Source: a virus (lineage: Duplodnaviria > Caudoviricetes). Taken from it: a stretch of DNA of 38,294 bases. The notes under the pieces were generated by a model. That model saw nothing but the letters and a program-made list of their open reading frames with translations. It did not search any database and was not told the origin of the DNA. The stretch's first letter is position 1; the number at the start of each line of letters is the position of its first letter. The stretch lies in IMG/VR virus record IMGVR_UViG_3300044701_003381, positions 1-38,294 of that record. One strand, given 5' to 3'. A program made the position numbers and the translations under genes. Below are positions 16,101 to 26,000 of the stretch, piece after piece.

Positions 16101-18498
16101 GTCCAATTCCAGAATAATTGTATTTTGATTTATCAACTATAATTGAATTAACTCTATTTCTATTCTTTATCTTTGCGGATACATTTAATCTTTTTACAGT
16201 ATATGTTAAAATTGCAGTTCCACTCGATGCAGTCAATCCATTAATTCTTAAATTTTGAGAACCAAGAGTAAAGAAAAATTTATCTTCTCTCAGTGGATCT
16301 GCACTTCCATTTGGATAAAATACTGAATATCTTTCCTCATCATAAGGTAAAAATCTTTCATTGTTTGGTAATACAATTACTTGAGAACTATTTCCTGAAA
16401 TATTAATAACTGTTTGCTTTCTGATTATTAATTCAGAATTTTCCAAATTAATTGAAGAAATTTTATCCTTTGGAAAAACTGTAAATAAAGTATTATCAGT
16501 AGAATTTTGAAGTCCTGACTTTAATATTCTAAAATCAGAGACACTTAATTGAGAACCAACAGGAAGAGTGGATACGCAAACTCCACTAACGGGGGTAATT
16601 TGTTGAATTTCTAACTGTTTTTCTGAGATTGATGATATTTTTGCATAAGTTGGTACAACATCACCGGGAGTTGAATAAGCTACGATATCGTTTAATTTCG
16701 ATACTCCAGAAAATGTAAAGTTTGAACTAGTTACTGTACTAATACTACCTACTATTGGAGAAATATTGACAGATCCAACAAATGCTTTAACTGTTTGTAC
16801 TAAATCTGCGCTAAAAGTTGCTCCAGCACCAACTGGTGCAGCATGGATTGATTTAAAATCATTTACATCATATTGTGTAAATGATTTTATAATTCTATTA
16901 TTTTGAATTCCATCAAAACTTAATTTTTCACCCCTTAAAAACTTTCCTTCTACGTTATACGCAGTAACAATCCCAGAATTTGTAATAGATTGTCTCAAAT
17001 ATGCTCTGGCACCACTAGAACTACCTTTAATAAAAGTCGGAACTTGTAGAGTAATTGGATTATTCAACTCAAGTTCAATATATGGTTGAACATCAAATAA
17101 AGTGATGTCCCACTCATTAGAATTTGGAAACAAACTATTATAAGATCCAGACTCCAATGCAAAATCATATACTCTAGCAAGACCTATTTCTTTACCAGGT
17201 GCTATATTGTCATCTACTCCCAATCTCTCAGATCTCAGAGTCACTGTATAGTCTGTTGAAATTCCTAAAGAAGGATTTCCATTAACTCTATTCAGTGTAA
17301 AAGTTGAACCTGTTGTATAAACAATACTTTGATTTTTTAATGTTTTGGTTAATCTTGGTTTTGGAAAATCTATAAATGTTGGATTTGGAACTTCTACTTC
17401 AAATCCTCTAATATATGCCTTTCCTGGAGACACTTTATAAATTCCTAGAGACTCATTAGCAACATTATTTCCATAAGTTGCTTGTCCATCCTTAAATATT
17501 CCTTTATTTCCTTTCAAGTTGTCAAGAGATTCTCTAACATCAATTTTGAATGGAGTTACATAATAATCTCCAGACTCATCATAAGTTCTTCTAGCAAACT
17601 CATTTGCGAGAAGATTATATTCAGCATCCCTTTTAACTCTATCTGGTTCTCCGTTTATAACTTTAAATAACTCAATATATCCTTCATCTTGATTTTCTGA
17701 GAATGAATATTTTGCTAAAGACGCAGTAATTGAAAGTCTATCTGCTCCTGGAGCAGCAAAATTTGTAAATCCTTGAGAATTATCAACTAAAGATTCGTCA
17801 TCATCAGAAGTAATAATATCTTCATTTATTTTTAGACCAACACTATAGTTTACATTATTTGATATTGGATCTAGTATTAAAGTTTGGTTTTTAACATTAA
17901 TAAAATATCCTCTAATAAAGAAAACGCTATCGGGAATAGTGACTGAACAACCCACGACAGAAGAATTTTCTGAGATAACTCTAGATAATCCTTGTCCAGA
18001 CTGAATAGTAGTAAATCCTCCGGAAACAATTGGGATATCATCTTGAGATAAGAGAATTTCTCCTGAATTAAATTCTCTAGTATTTTGTGAAGAATTAGAG
18101 TCTATGTATGTAACGTAAATTATAGTATTCGAAGTTGGGGACTCATTAGCAGGTAAAACATATACAACTTTTGCCCTTACCTTAGAGTCTTGTCCAATGA
18201 TATACTTTCCAACAAAATTACTTAGATATGAATCTACAGATATTCCAAGATAATTTGATTCTACTTGGATTCCTTCGAAATAATTATTGCAGACTGGCTT
18301 GCCATTAAGAACTTGCGATCCTTCCTTAAAAAAGTGAGATCCGAATTTTTCAATTTGATTTTGGAGAATTGACTGTGAAGTGGTTAATTCTCTTGCCTGA
18401 ATAGGATATCCAGGTTTGAAAAGAACTTTATAAAAATTTTTATCTTCGTCAAAATCATCAAAATAAGGAGTTACATTCAAATTAGTTTCTTGTGGCAT
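10135..18498 (-). CDS. VrlC-like large virion structural protein (2787 aa, DUF4815-type)
   Basis: N-terminal TNLNVTPYFDDFD..KNFYKVLFKPG.PIQARELT..QSILQNQIE.FG, then APGADR, ARRTYDESGDY, LEYYTTLSLLE, RFKSGFFVDNF, DPLAQSF and C-terminal DLRVIALA. It follows gp8, as in cyanomyoviruses. Confidence 0.85.
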   Translation of the reverse strand: MPQETNLNVTPYFDDFDEDKNFYKVLFKPGYPIQARELTTSQSILQNQIEKFGSHFFKEGSQVLNGKPVCNNYFEGIQVESNYLGISVDSYLSNFVGKYIIGQDSKVRAKVVYVLPANESPTSNTIIYVTYIDSNSSQNTREFNSGEILLSQDDIPIVSGGFTTIQSGQGLSRVISENSSVVGCSVTIPDSVFFIRGYFINVKNQTLILDPISNNVNYSVGLKINEDIITSDDDESLVDNSQGFTNFAAPGADRLSITASLAKYSFSENQDEGYIELFKVINGEPDRVKRDAEYNLLANEFARRTYDESGDYYVTPFKIDVRESLDNLKGNKGIFKDGQATYGNNVANESLGIYKVSPGKAYIRGFEVEVPNPTFIDFPKPRLTKTLKNQSIVYTTGSTFTLNRVNGNPSLGISTDYTVTLRSERLGVDDNIAPGKEIGLARVYDFALESGSYNSLFPNSNEWDITLFDVQPYIELELNNPITLQVPTFIKGSSSGARAYLRQSITNSGIVTAYNVEGKFLRGEKLSFDGIQNNRIIKSFTQYDVNDFKSIHAAPVGAGATFSADLVQTVKAFVGSVNISPIVGSISTVTSSNFTFSGVSKLNDIVAYSTPGDVVPTYAKISSISEKQLEIQQITPVSGVCVSTLPVGSQLSVSDFRILKSGLQNSTDNTLFTVFPKDKISSINLENSELIIRKQTVINISGNSSQVIVLPNNERFLPYDEERYSVFYPNGSADPLREDKFFFTLGSQNLRINGLTASSGTAILTYTVKRLNVSAKIKNRNRVNSIIVDKSKYNYSGIGQTTLNDGLQFGNYPYGTRVHDEDICLRYPDVTKLLGVYETSSVGTPELQSITLNLNTLTTSNLILGEEIVGKESNCVAILVERTSVDSVSYISLNSSNFISGEGVVFKESNVTSTISSLNRGNCKDITKDFVFNNGQKSTFYDYAKITRRDRSREPLKKLKIVFESTSINSADEGSFFSVDSYSQFDYCDIPSFDGIKNYNILDLRPRVSPYTVSENSRSPFESLNTIGVPKFVNVDNQNTPILASDEDIILDFSYYLPRIDKIVLSKDGKFELMIGDSAENPQAPLNLSESLDIATITLPAYFCTNDEVGINLSQHKRYRMSDIKKLEDRIKNLEYYTTLSLLEKETANFTIKDSNGLDRFKSGFFVDNFTTLISQKSSTIAKNAIDVENSQLRPSVYTTSIDLILGHTNSRGNINFNDEDFDYKSNQSIIGENVKKSVGPVGKGILTLDYTETAEITQPYATRVENVTPYLVTFYGGIASLNPGSDIWLDPVVLDPINLGVSEGETQSVDVVLDEIPDPNSGWCPVIFGAWETSWTDLSAPREVSRGPKYEKDGKWYQDVIYATDKEGYKSRVGQTNRITFSDTPVSYGTNLVSIDIATYCRSRNIEIVSKKLKPYTQMYAFFDGQSVDSFMVPKLLEIEMLSGSFRIGETVRTLRSVDAAGSPNIRFRLCQPNHREGRYDSPTAVYFYNPYDRTQNVPSSYSEASEFLNIDTFLLSEEAIGESFGYVSAGMVLIGNSSGATARVKPVRLITDNVGTLIASLCIPNPAVPSNPRFTTGEKVFRLSSLQSNSTVPGLLNSLAESSFFAKGTIKTTQEAYGYIRNRLKQVGTLSESVPTSTTDFSNPIPVEVPSPPTPKPVDPYPNPKPEPTPGPSPSPGPSPSPAPSPGPSPSPGPSPSPGPSPSPGPSPSPGPKPSSPKIEQFKLYTTPGTYTFTVPKGVTSIEASGVGAGGGGGYGKSGLPGGGGGGGGVSSKSIPVNPGEVLTIVVGAGGKGAIGNNKATDGEPSYVLGKNIIARGGIGGSSTSKGSGGDNSGGGGNGEDGRYDRDDDKGGYGGGAGLIGGGNCGHSKSNNCGGLPTGGPGGNGIKFAGSGGTDGEIPDCGDEDGGRGGTYGGGGGGGINDGSGADGSPGAFLLKWKESSNTASTDLIPPIGLDPLAQSFTINAKEGRFVTGIDLFFQSKDESLPVIVELRPMSLGLPTGEIYPFSQVIVDPKDIKLSEDASVATRIQFDAPVYLQGETEHAVVIKSDSTNYYVWISRLGEVDITTASLPESGRTIVASQPDISTIGSLFKSQNASTWTPSQFEDLKFTLHSAVFQTSGNVSFFNSDLTKKNKQFSKLSDNPLEIFSRKIKVDISETLNDASFALGNTIVQTVTNATGNYVGATGSISSLSITNSGIGYTPSNGTSFTYFNVPLANSSSEGRLATADITIGRETLPDGSFNDGVAIAVTISSRGTGYQKGDVLSVDQLGDQTLGRNLLLTVDNVTDFNQLIIDNVQGNFLTGIGYTLMYTNSSDVDVNINNGVTNPISINQISEITDGLHIKVNHQNHGMHSEVNLVEISNVKSDIDPETLIGDISFEGVSAITLSSTSKFTTFENAPVSTTNPGYILIDREIIRYTGVSGNQLTGITREVASSDSSIIRIPIPHFDGEEVYKYELNGVSLRRINKTHTLQDSSVLNSIGLDYYFLYIDTTRPDPTLKPLYFSETKSIGGSSVQASSNIQFEIIKPNVETFIPPQTGISAQLRTVSGTSVSGVEPSFVDQGYERVDLNVDNYMSISKLICSKINEVTYLTDQPANKSLELRTFLTTENDRLSPVIDLDRVGAILVSNRVNRPIEDYINDSRISTLQKDPIAFYYATKPISLEVPATSLRTYVAAYINRNADIRAFYALLKDPTENPIYYPFPGYLNKITSGEIIDINNSDGTSDKFVPNNELFGNGNTENYFKDYEFSVDNLAEFRYFSVKITVSSNIQVYPPKLRDLRVIALA
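13358..13487 (-). repeat. 18-bp coding tandem repeat encoding a (PGPSPS)n linker
   Basis: Plus-strand unit ggaccaggtgatggtgaa / ggacctggagatggtgaa, about 6-7 copies with one interrupted unit; protein PTPGPSPSPGPSPSPAPSPGPSPSPGPSPSPGPSPSPGPSPSPGPKP. Confidence 0.95.
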
Positions 18499-18504
18499 GA
18501 TTGT

Positions 18505-20022
18505 TTAGAATTGTAAAACGACTTTAATATCCTCTTTCTGATTTGAAGATCTGCTAATTGAGGGTCTATTATCAACGTAGATAATATCTCCTGTATATTT
18601 TTTTACTTCAGGTTCAGCAAATCCTTCTTCAAAATTTTGACCAAGGTATACAGTACCACTATTTATTACTGTAGATATACCGTTAAAATTATCATCAATT
18701 TCAACAATAATAGAATTTACTTTAATATTGTTTTCTGAAGTAAATTGAATTTGATTGTACCCATTTGGAGCAACTGTTGAAATTCCAGATGTTGTATAAC
18801 CATATAATGTTCTATCCTGCCAGTATTTCAAAACCTTTGTTTCATCATTATATGAAACAACTCTACCAACAGCAGTTCCTACACCAATAATATCTTGAGT
18901 AAATGTTGAATTTGGTAATATTGTTGCTGAATTGTCCTTCAATTTAAGGGCATATAAAGAACTTGCTTTTTCTTTGTTTAGAATAGAAGTGGAATCAAAT
19001 GCCTCAGGATTTTGTATAATTCCAACCCTTGCAACTTTATTACCAACTATAAAATCAGGATCTCCAATATCATTCTCAATTCTAGAGTAAAGCAATACAT
19101 TTGTTGATCCTAACTCTCGGTAAATGTCTGCGCCATGTCCTCCTTTTGGGGGAATTATTACATCAAACTTTGGTGGATCAGTTAAAAATAACCCAGAGCT
19201 TTGTAAATCAACAGTTCCGTATGTATAGTTATTTCCACCATTAGAAACAAATACACTATCAACTGTTCTATCACTTCCAACAATAATAGTTACAGTTGCT
19301 CCACTACCATCTCCTTTGATGGGTATATTTTGATATAATCCAGGAGCACCCAAATTAGTTCCTCTATCTAATATATTGACAATTTTTAATTGTCCACTTG
19401 AAGATGCGTTTTCAATGACGGAAGCATAGTCTGAATTAGTTTTCCAATCCCTAGGAACTGGAATAAAATTGGTACTATCAAATTTAACAATCTCACTAGG
19501 TCTTATTGTATAAAGATATTTCCAAATATATCCATCACCACTAGTTCCAGCAGATCTAGGTTCTAAGTCGGTAAAAGTCGGCTCATCTAGAGAAGGATTC
19601 CCTTTATCAGATTCTGGAGTTGTTCCATTTTGAAGACAAATATAAACTCGATAATCTTGAGTTACAACATAATAATCCGATGAATATAAAGTAGTGTTTC
19701 CTGTTTGATTAGCACGCTTATCAATGCTTATATCATGACGATACATATCGTAAGTTCTTCCAGACTCCCAATTTATTCTTCTCACAACGGGAGAAACATC
19801 TCCTGGTGATATTTTTTTAAGGGAGAACATAGTGTCCCACACTTTATTTTCTTCATTAAAGTTATCCCTTGGGAAAGGTGGAGAATCCTCCCAATCAGAT
19901 TTATACTCGGTCGAATTTGACAATCCCAAAAATACATAATATGCATTATTTGCAGAATTGACCTTTTCAATAAACCCAAGAGCATTAGATATTCTAAGCT
20001 GGTCAGTTATAATTGCCGACAT
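18505..20022 (-). CDS. gp8: Baseplate wedge subunit
   Basis: MSAIITDQLRI.NA..F, W.SG.TYDMYRHD, YYVVT.DYRVYICLQNG, DGYIWKYLYTI and C-terminal YVDNR....RSSNQKEDIKVVLQF. Confidence 0.9.
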   Translation of the reverse strand: MSAIITDQLRISNALGFIEKVNSANNAYYVFLGLSNSTEYKSDWEDSPPFPRDNFNEENKVWDTMFSLKKISPGDVSPVVRRINWESGRTYDMYRHDISIDKRANQTGNTTLYSSDYYVVTQDYRVYICLQNGTTPESDKGNPSLDEPTFTDLEPRSAGTSGDGYIWKYLYTIRPSEIVKFDSTNFIPVPRDWKTNSDYASVIENASSSGQLKIVNILDRGTNLGAPGLYQNIPIKGDGSGATVTIIVGSDRTVDSVFVSNGGNNYTYGTVDLQSSGLFLTDPPKFDVIIPPKGGHGADIYRELGSTNVLLYSRIENDIGDPDFIVGNKVARVGIIQNPEAFDSTSILNKEKASSLYALKLKDNSATILPNSTFTQDIIGVGTAVGRVVSYNDETKVLKYWQDRTLYGYTTSGISTVAPNGYNQIQFTSENNIKVNSIIVEIDDNFNGISTVINSGTVYLGQNFEEGFAEPEVKKYTGDIIYVDNRPSISRSSNQKEDIKVVLQF

Positions 20023-20040
20023 TTTTTAACATTTTTTGAT

Positions 20041-20048
20041 TATTTATA
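20041..20048 (-). promoter_or_regulatory. T4-type late promoter (TATAAATA)
   Basis: Exact consensus in the 35-nt gap between gp7 and gp8. Confidence 0.85.
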
Positions 20049-20057
20049 AGGTATAAA

Positions 20058-23000
20058 TTAAGGAGAATAATCAAAATTTTCATATTTCAACGGATTATAT
20101 CTTTGAATGATAGGATGATTGTGATTGGAAGTTAAATCTACATTAAATTGTGTTGGATCAGTTCTCTTAGTTAGGTTTGAAATTTTACCCCAACTAAATT
20201 CTGCAAGATCACTATCAGTAAAAACTCCATCAAAATCGCTAGATAAATTCTGAATAGGGCATACAACTTTTCTTACAAATATTTGTCCATATTTTGGATG
20301 AGTTATTTGTGAAGTTGTTGGCGTATACAGTACTTGGTAAATATTATTTAAATTGGTGGATATTCCAATAACTTGCCCACCGATACCATAAGATGTATTA
20401 GGAATATTTGCGATAGTTGAATTATTAACTGCAAAATAATCTCCTTGATTTAACTGGGAAATTGTAATTGCAGATCCGACTACAGTATTTCCAATAAAAT
20501 CTGCATCTCTTAAAATAGAGTTTTCTGGAATATAGAGATCAAAAACAACTGCTGGTGGATCAATACTTCCAACAACGACTCTAGATATTGTACTAATTCC
20601 AACAATAACTCCAAAATCACCAGATAAAAACGAAACATCAGGAATTATTTCAGTCTTTACTGTCGGTGGGTCAATAGAAACTTTTGGAGGTTCTATCTGC
20701 TTAACTTCAAATCTGAATGGAGTTGTTAATGGATAATTTCTAAAAGTTTCTCCTATTCCAGGATTATCAAAGACATCAACCTCTAAAATATCTCCAACAG
20801 AGTATTTAAGTCCCTTTGAAGTAATGTTGATGTTATTTCTGTCAACTACAAAATCTTCACTAATAAGATCAACAATCAGGTTAATATCAACCGCAGCATT
20901 TCTACCAATTCCAGTCTTAGACTTAAGTCTTGCTGAAGTAAATGTGCTATTAGATTCATTTAGAGTTGCTGGATATCCAGATCCATTAGATATAAGTTCT
21001 AGAGTCTTAATTGGACCATATGTGTATCCAGTTCCGGGATTTGTTACCGTAATTAAATTAACTGACCCTGAAGATATTGTCGATGTTGCTGTAGCAAATT
21101 CTGTAGAATCTAAACTAGAAATATCAGCACTAAATCCACTCTCGAATAGATTTATTTCTTCTCCAACTTGGAATCTATTTAAATTAGTTGGAATAATCTT
21201 AATGTAATTTCCAGTAACTATTCCAGCAAGAATTCCAGAAGCTCCGCTATCTTCACCTGATATAAATTCTCCAATAATTGCAGTTGAGATACCTGTAGAA
21301 GATATTGTACCTACCAAATCATTAATATTTGTTAGTGCAATTCCAATAGGAGCAGGATGTGAAAAATATGGATATTGAATTGAAATATTTGGGGCCGTTA
21401 CATACCCCTGACCACCATCCAGAATACTGATAGAAGTTACTTGACCATTAGATACTTGACAAGTTGCAATAGCAGGAGATTTTTCTGTTTGATCAATAAT
21501 TTTAATTTTATTTCTATCTTTATCAAATATAGTTTCTGCAGCATTATCAAAGAATGGTTTTAAGCTATCAATATAAAATTCTGAAGAATTCTCAGTTATA
21601 TTTGATATTAGTTTTGCAGCTGGGTATATATTTGATTCATAATAAACTCTATTTTTACCTACAAATTGACCATCAATTACAGAATCTTCAGTTTTCTTAG
21701 ATAAGATAACTGGTCTCAATAAATTAAAGTCATTAGCAATTCCTTTTTCAGAATATATTAAAGTATTCGCATAGTCTGAAGATACAATTTCCGAGACAAT
21801 TCTTTCATTCTGATTTAATCTCTTAACATCACTAACGATAGTTAATGAATCACCAACCTCAAGGGGGTCTAAAATGTCAACATCCAGAACGTCAACATCT
21901 CCATTACCCCTATAGAATATTATAGTAACAGTATCACCAAATTTTGGTGGTTCTGGGAAGTAAATGATACTTCCTCCTTTAAACGTATAACCTTCTCCAG
22001 GAACCTGAAGAATATCGTTAAACAATACTATTAGAGTTGCCTGAATATCAATACTCGATCCTTTTTTCGCTCTAAGAGATTTTGTTTCTCCATTAATTTT
22101 TATTGGGAAAATTTGTCTAGTATTATCAAATAGATTATCAAAATTATCAATAACTTGTAAATCACCAATAGACCAAGATGAAAACTTAGTATCATATACA
22201 TCATCAACAAATATCTGAAATTCACTAAATGCCTGAGAAGTATTTGTTGGTATTCCAGTTAATCCCCCAACAGGGACTGTTAATACTTCAAAGGGTCTAT
22301 ATCCATATCCATTATTTGTAAAGTTAAAATCAACAACACTACCGTCAACACCAATAACCAAATTAAGTTTTGCTCCTGTTCCAATGCCTACAGAGGGTGA
22401 ATCTGAACTATAAATCAGAGGAATATCAGAATATGCTAAAGGAGAATCAAATACAATTTCTGGAGGAGAATACCTTCTGATGGTAATAACATCATTCGCT
22501 GTAATAGCGGATAGTGGAGTATCAACAGTAATGAAAGTATTTCCAATTCCAGTAATCTTGACATTATAATTAGAATTTAGTGTAATATAATTATTAATGT
22601 TATTAATGTTCCTAATCGTATTAATATAAACTACTGTAGATCCTACAGAAACTGATTGTGATGCACGAGTTGCAAAAACATCATAGAAAGCAGTAAAAGC
22701 TATTCCCGGATTAACCAAATTTAAATTGGATGAGATTGATCCATTAATGACAGTAGAAAATCCAAGATAGGCTACATTATAATCTGATTTACTTTCTGTT
22801 CTAATTCCAATATCAACCAATTCTGTAGACAAATCATTTAATTTAATAGAAACCTGAGACCCTGATGGAAGATTTACATCCAGATTTTCCGCAAGAGTTA
22901 TTGTGGAACTTATTTGATTGTATCCAGTTATTTGAACATCATTGTAAATTGTACCAACTCCAACACTGCATAAAGGAGATGATGAATATGCAAGTTTATC

Positions 23001-26000
23001 GAATAATCCTCTTTCTTCATTAATGGTTAGAACGTTACTTCCTGAGGAAATTCCCGAAGAAGTTGTAACCAAAATTTCCTTTCCACCAACTAATCTATAT
23101 CCGCTTCCTGTAGATCCAATAGTAACGTTTGAGATTGATCCATTGTTGGCAATTGTTACAGATGCTCCAGCAGCATTTAGTGGTTGATATCCGGATCCAA
23201 ATGTAGATCCAGTACTTACAATTACTCCACCAACAGGAAGATTTGTTGAATTTATATCATCAGTATTTGCAACTTCTTCCGATTGTTTGAATATGATTGT
23301 AGCTTCTCCACCAGGCAATTGTCCAAGAGTAAATGCGCCATCAGGATTATTTTCTTCATCAAAAGGCACTTGAAGAATATTTTTAACTAAGACAAATAAA
23401 TTTGATGTTGAAATTCCAGATGCTGGAACTCCTTTCTCAGTTAAAGTAAATTCACTCCTAATTCCAGTAAATTGCTCCGAAATTCCATCAAGTAAGATGT
23501 TATCAGAATATGTCGGATTATCACCATTAATTTGTCCGGACTTGTTAAATATTCTTCCAGAGAAAGAAGAACCCGTGGCAATTCCAACAAAATCAACTTC
23601 ATCGGGTTTTGGATTAGTTGGAGTAATTGGAATTGGTCCGTATGGAGGATCATAAAAATGAATAGTATTATCTACAATATTATAATCTCCTACTAACTTA
23701 GTACAAGCAGTTCCTACAGTATGGATTCCTGGTAAAGTACCTAACCAAAATCTATTAACTAGTAAGGTATTAGTTGCTCCAAATCCAACAACTTTAACTC
23801 TAAGAATTTCATTATCAACTTGGAATATATCTCCACCAATAAAAACTTCTGGGTTTTCAACTTTAACTCTGATATCTTTTAATCCAACAGGTTCTGATAA
23901 TCTTGTCTCAAATGAAGTCGATACTATAGGTTGCTGAATCATGTTATCAATGGTAATTAAAGACCTTGGATTTCCTTTTTTACCAGTGAAAGTATGATTT
24001 GTTCCAGTTCCATATGAAGTTAAATTCAGATAATCTGGAACAGCCCTTAATGCTTGGGATGCAGATGCGGCAACTCTTACAAACAAATCATTTTCTTTGA
24101 TGATATAAAGTTTTGATGGCAATATATTAGTTGATCCAATTCCAGGAATATCAGTAACTGCAATTCCAATAGGATCATCTCCATTTGTATCATATACAAC
24201 TTCTTCTCCAGTAACAAAATAATGATTAGGAATCCTAATAGTATCATTGACTAAATTGACTGAAGTAAAACTTGATGCATTAAATACTCTTCTCAGAATC
24301 CTAAGATTTTTATGATAAAGTTCAAAAGATCTTCTAATAGCATTTTGTGTTCCAATATAATCTGTTGTATAAGAATTAATTTGAGATTCATTGAGAGATA
24401 AAATTAATTCATCAGGATTTTCTGGAACTTCTGTTGTTGTCTTAACTCCTTGATAATAATATCTAATATCAAGATTTCTACCTGATAATGGAGTAAAGAA
24501 TAACCTACATGTGTTTCCAACAACCTGTGTAGTAATCGTTCCCAGTTTAACCAAAGAATCATCTGTGATTACGGATCCAAATTGAGTTTCATATACGTCA
24601 GTTTCATTATTAACTGTCGTAAGTTCTAAAGCATTATAAATTCCATTTGTTGTATCTGAAATTGAAAGATAATAATATGAACCACCATAAACAAGAGTAT
24701 GTTGATGAATTTGTATAGGAACTGGATTTTGTGTTATTGGAATATTAACAAATCCAGATTCTAATCTGGTATTTGCCAGAGCAAGAACTCCGGGAGAACT
24801 TCTTGTAAGGTCAGCAATTGAAATATTAAAAACATTAACCTCTAGTGTTGACGCATACGCAACTGTTGGAGTTGCAGTAACAACAATGTTTGATCCTGAA
24901 ATAAATGCACTATAAGTTGCAAATCCTACTGGAGGATTAATTGATTGTGTATATAATTTTCCATACTCAGAAATATAAACATCTGTTCCATCATGAACTA
25001 TATTTAATTCAACAGACTCTCTGAATTCACCAGTTTCATCATTCAAAGTAACTAAAACTTTGGAAGATCTATATGTAGTATCTACAGTAGAAATGCCAAT
25101 TGTTGAAGTTGACCCACTAGGAATTTCTGAAGTTTGGTTATTGAACTTAACAATATTTCCAAGATCGTAATACTGTTGAGCGGTAGATCCTAATCCAGCA
25201 AAAGTATCAAATAAACTATAAGATACTAATTCGACATCAAAATCATTAAATTCATAGTCAAATGGGTTAAAGGTAATTTCTCCAAAATTGCCCTTAATTT
25301 TAAATTCAAAATTTCCAAGTTCATTTACGGTATCTAATCTACCATACTGTGAAACGTAACCTTCCAAATTATCATGAATTATTGTAATTATTCCAAATTG
25401 TCTTTCATTAAAGAATAGTTTATCTTTAACATATGTAAAATATTTTCTAAATCTAGTTTGGAAAATTGGGAATCTATCGGCAACAACAAATCTTTCCTCT
25501 CTAGGAAGGTTGTTAAATTCTCTACTAAAATCATCTATCATTAAAACTCTATTTCCAACAGATTCTGCATAATCCTGAACTGGAATTGTATTAAATACTA
25601 TTTGGTCAGATACAACTCTACCATCAAGAAGATAAGAATTTTCAGAAACCATGTCAAAATTGACATATGAATTCAAATCAATTATAGATATTAAGTCCGA
25701 AACCGAATTTAATTCAGAGTATGAAATAGTGATTGGATTTGCAGTTTCTGTTGAAGATTCTACTTCAAAAGTAGAAAACTTTCTAAATCCAGAAACATGA
25801 TTTAAACTGGATACAGCATCTTCCCAATCAGAATACTGAGTTTTTGACTTTAAATCATATGAGAAATATTGATAATAGAAACTATCTTGAATTCTTTGAC
25901 TCTTATCGTTCAAGAATCCTATTTCAGTATCCCATCCTCTAGCAACCGTAGAAGAAGAACTTGTTTTATATTCTGCATCAAAAAATTCAACCTTCCCTAC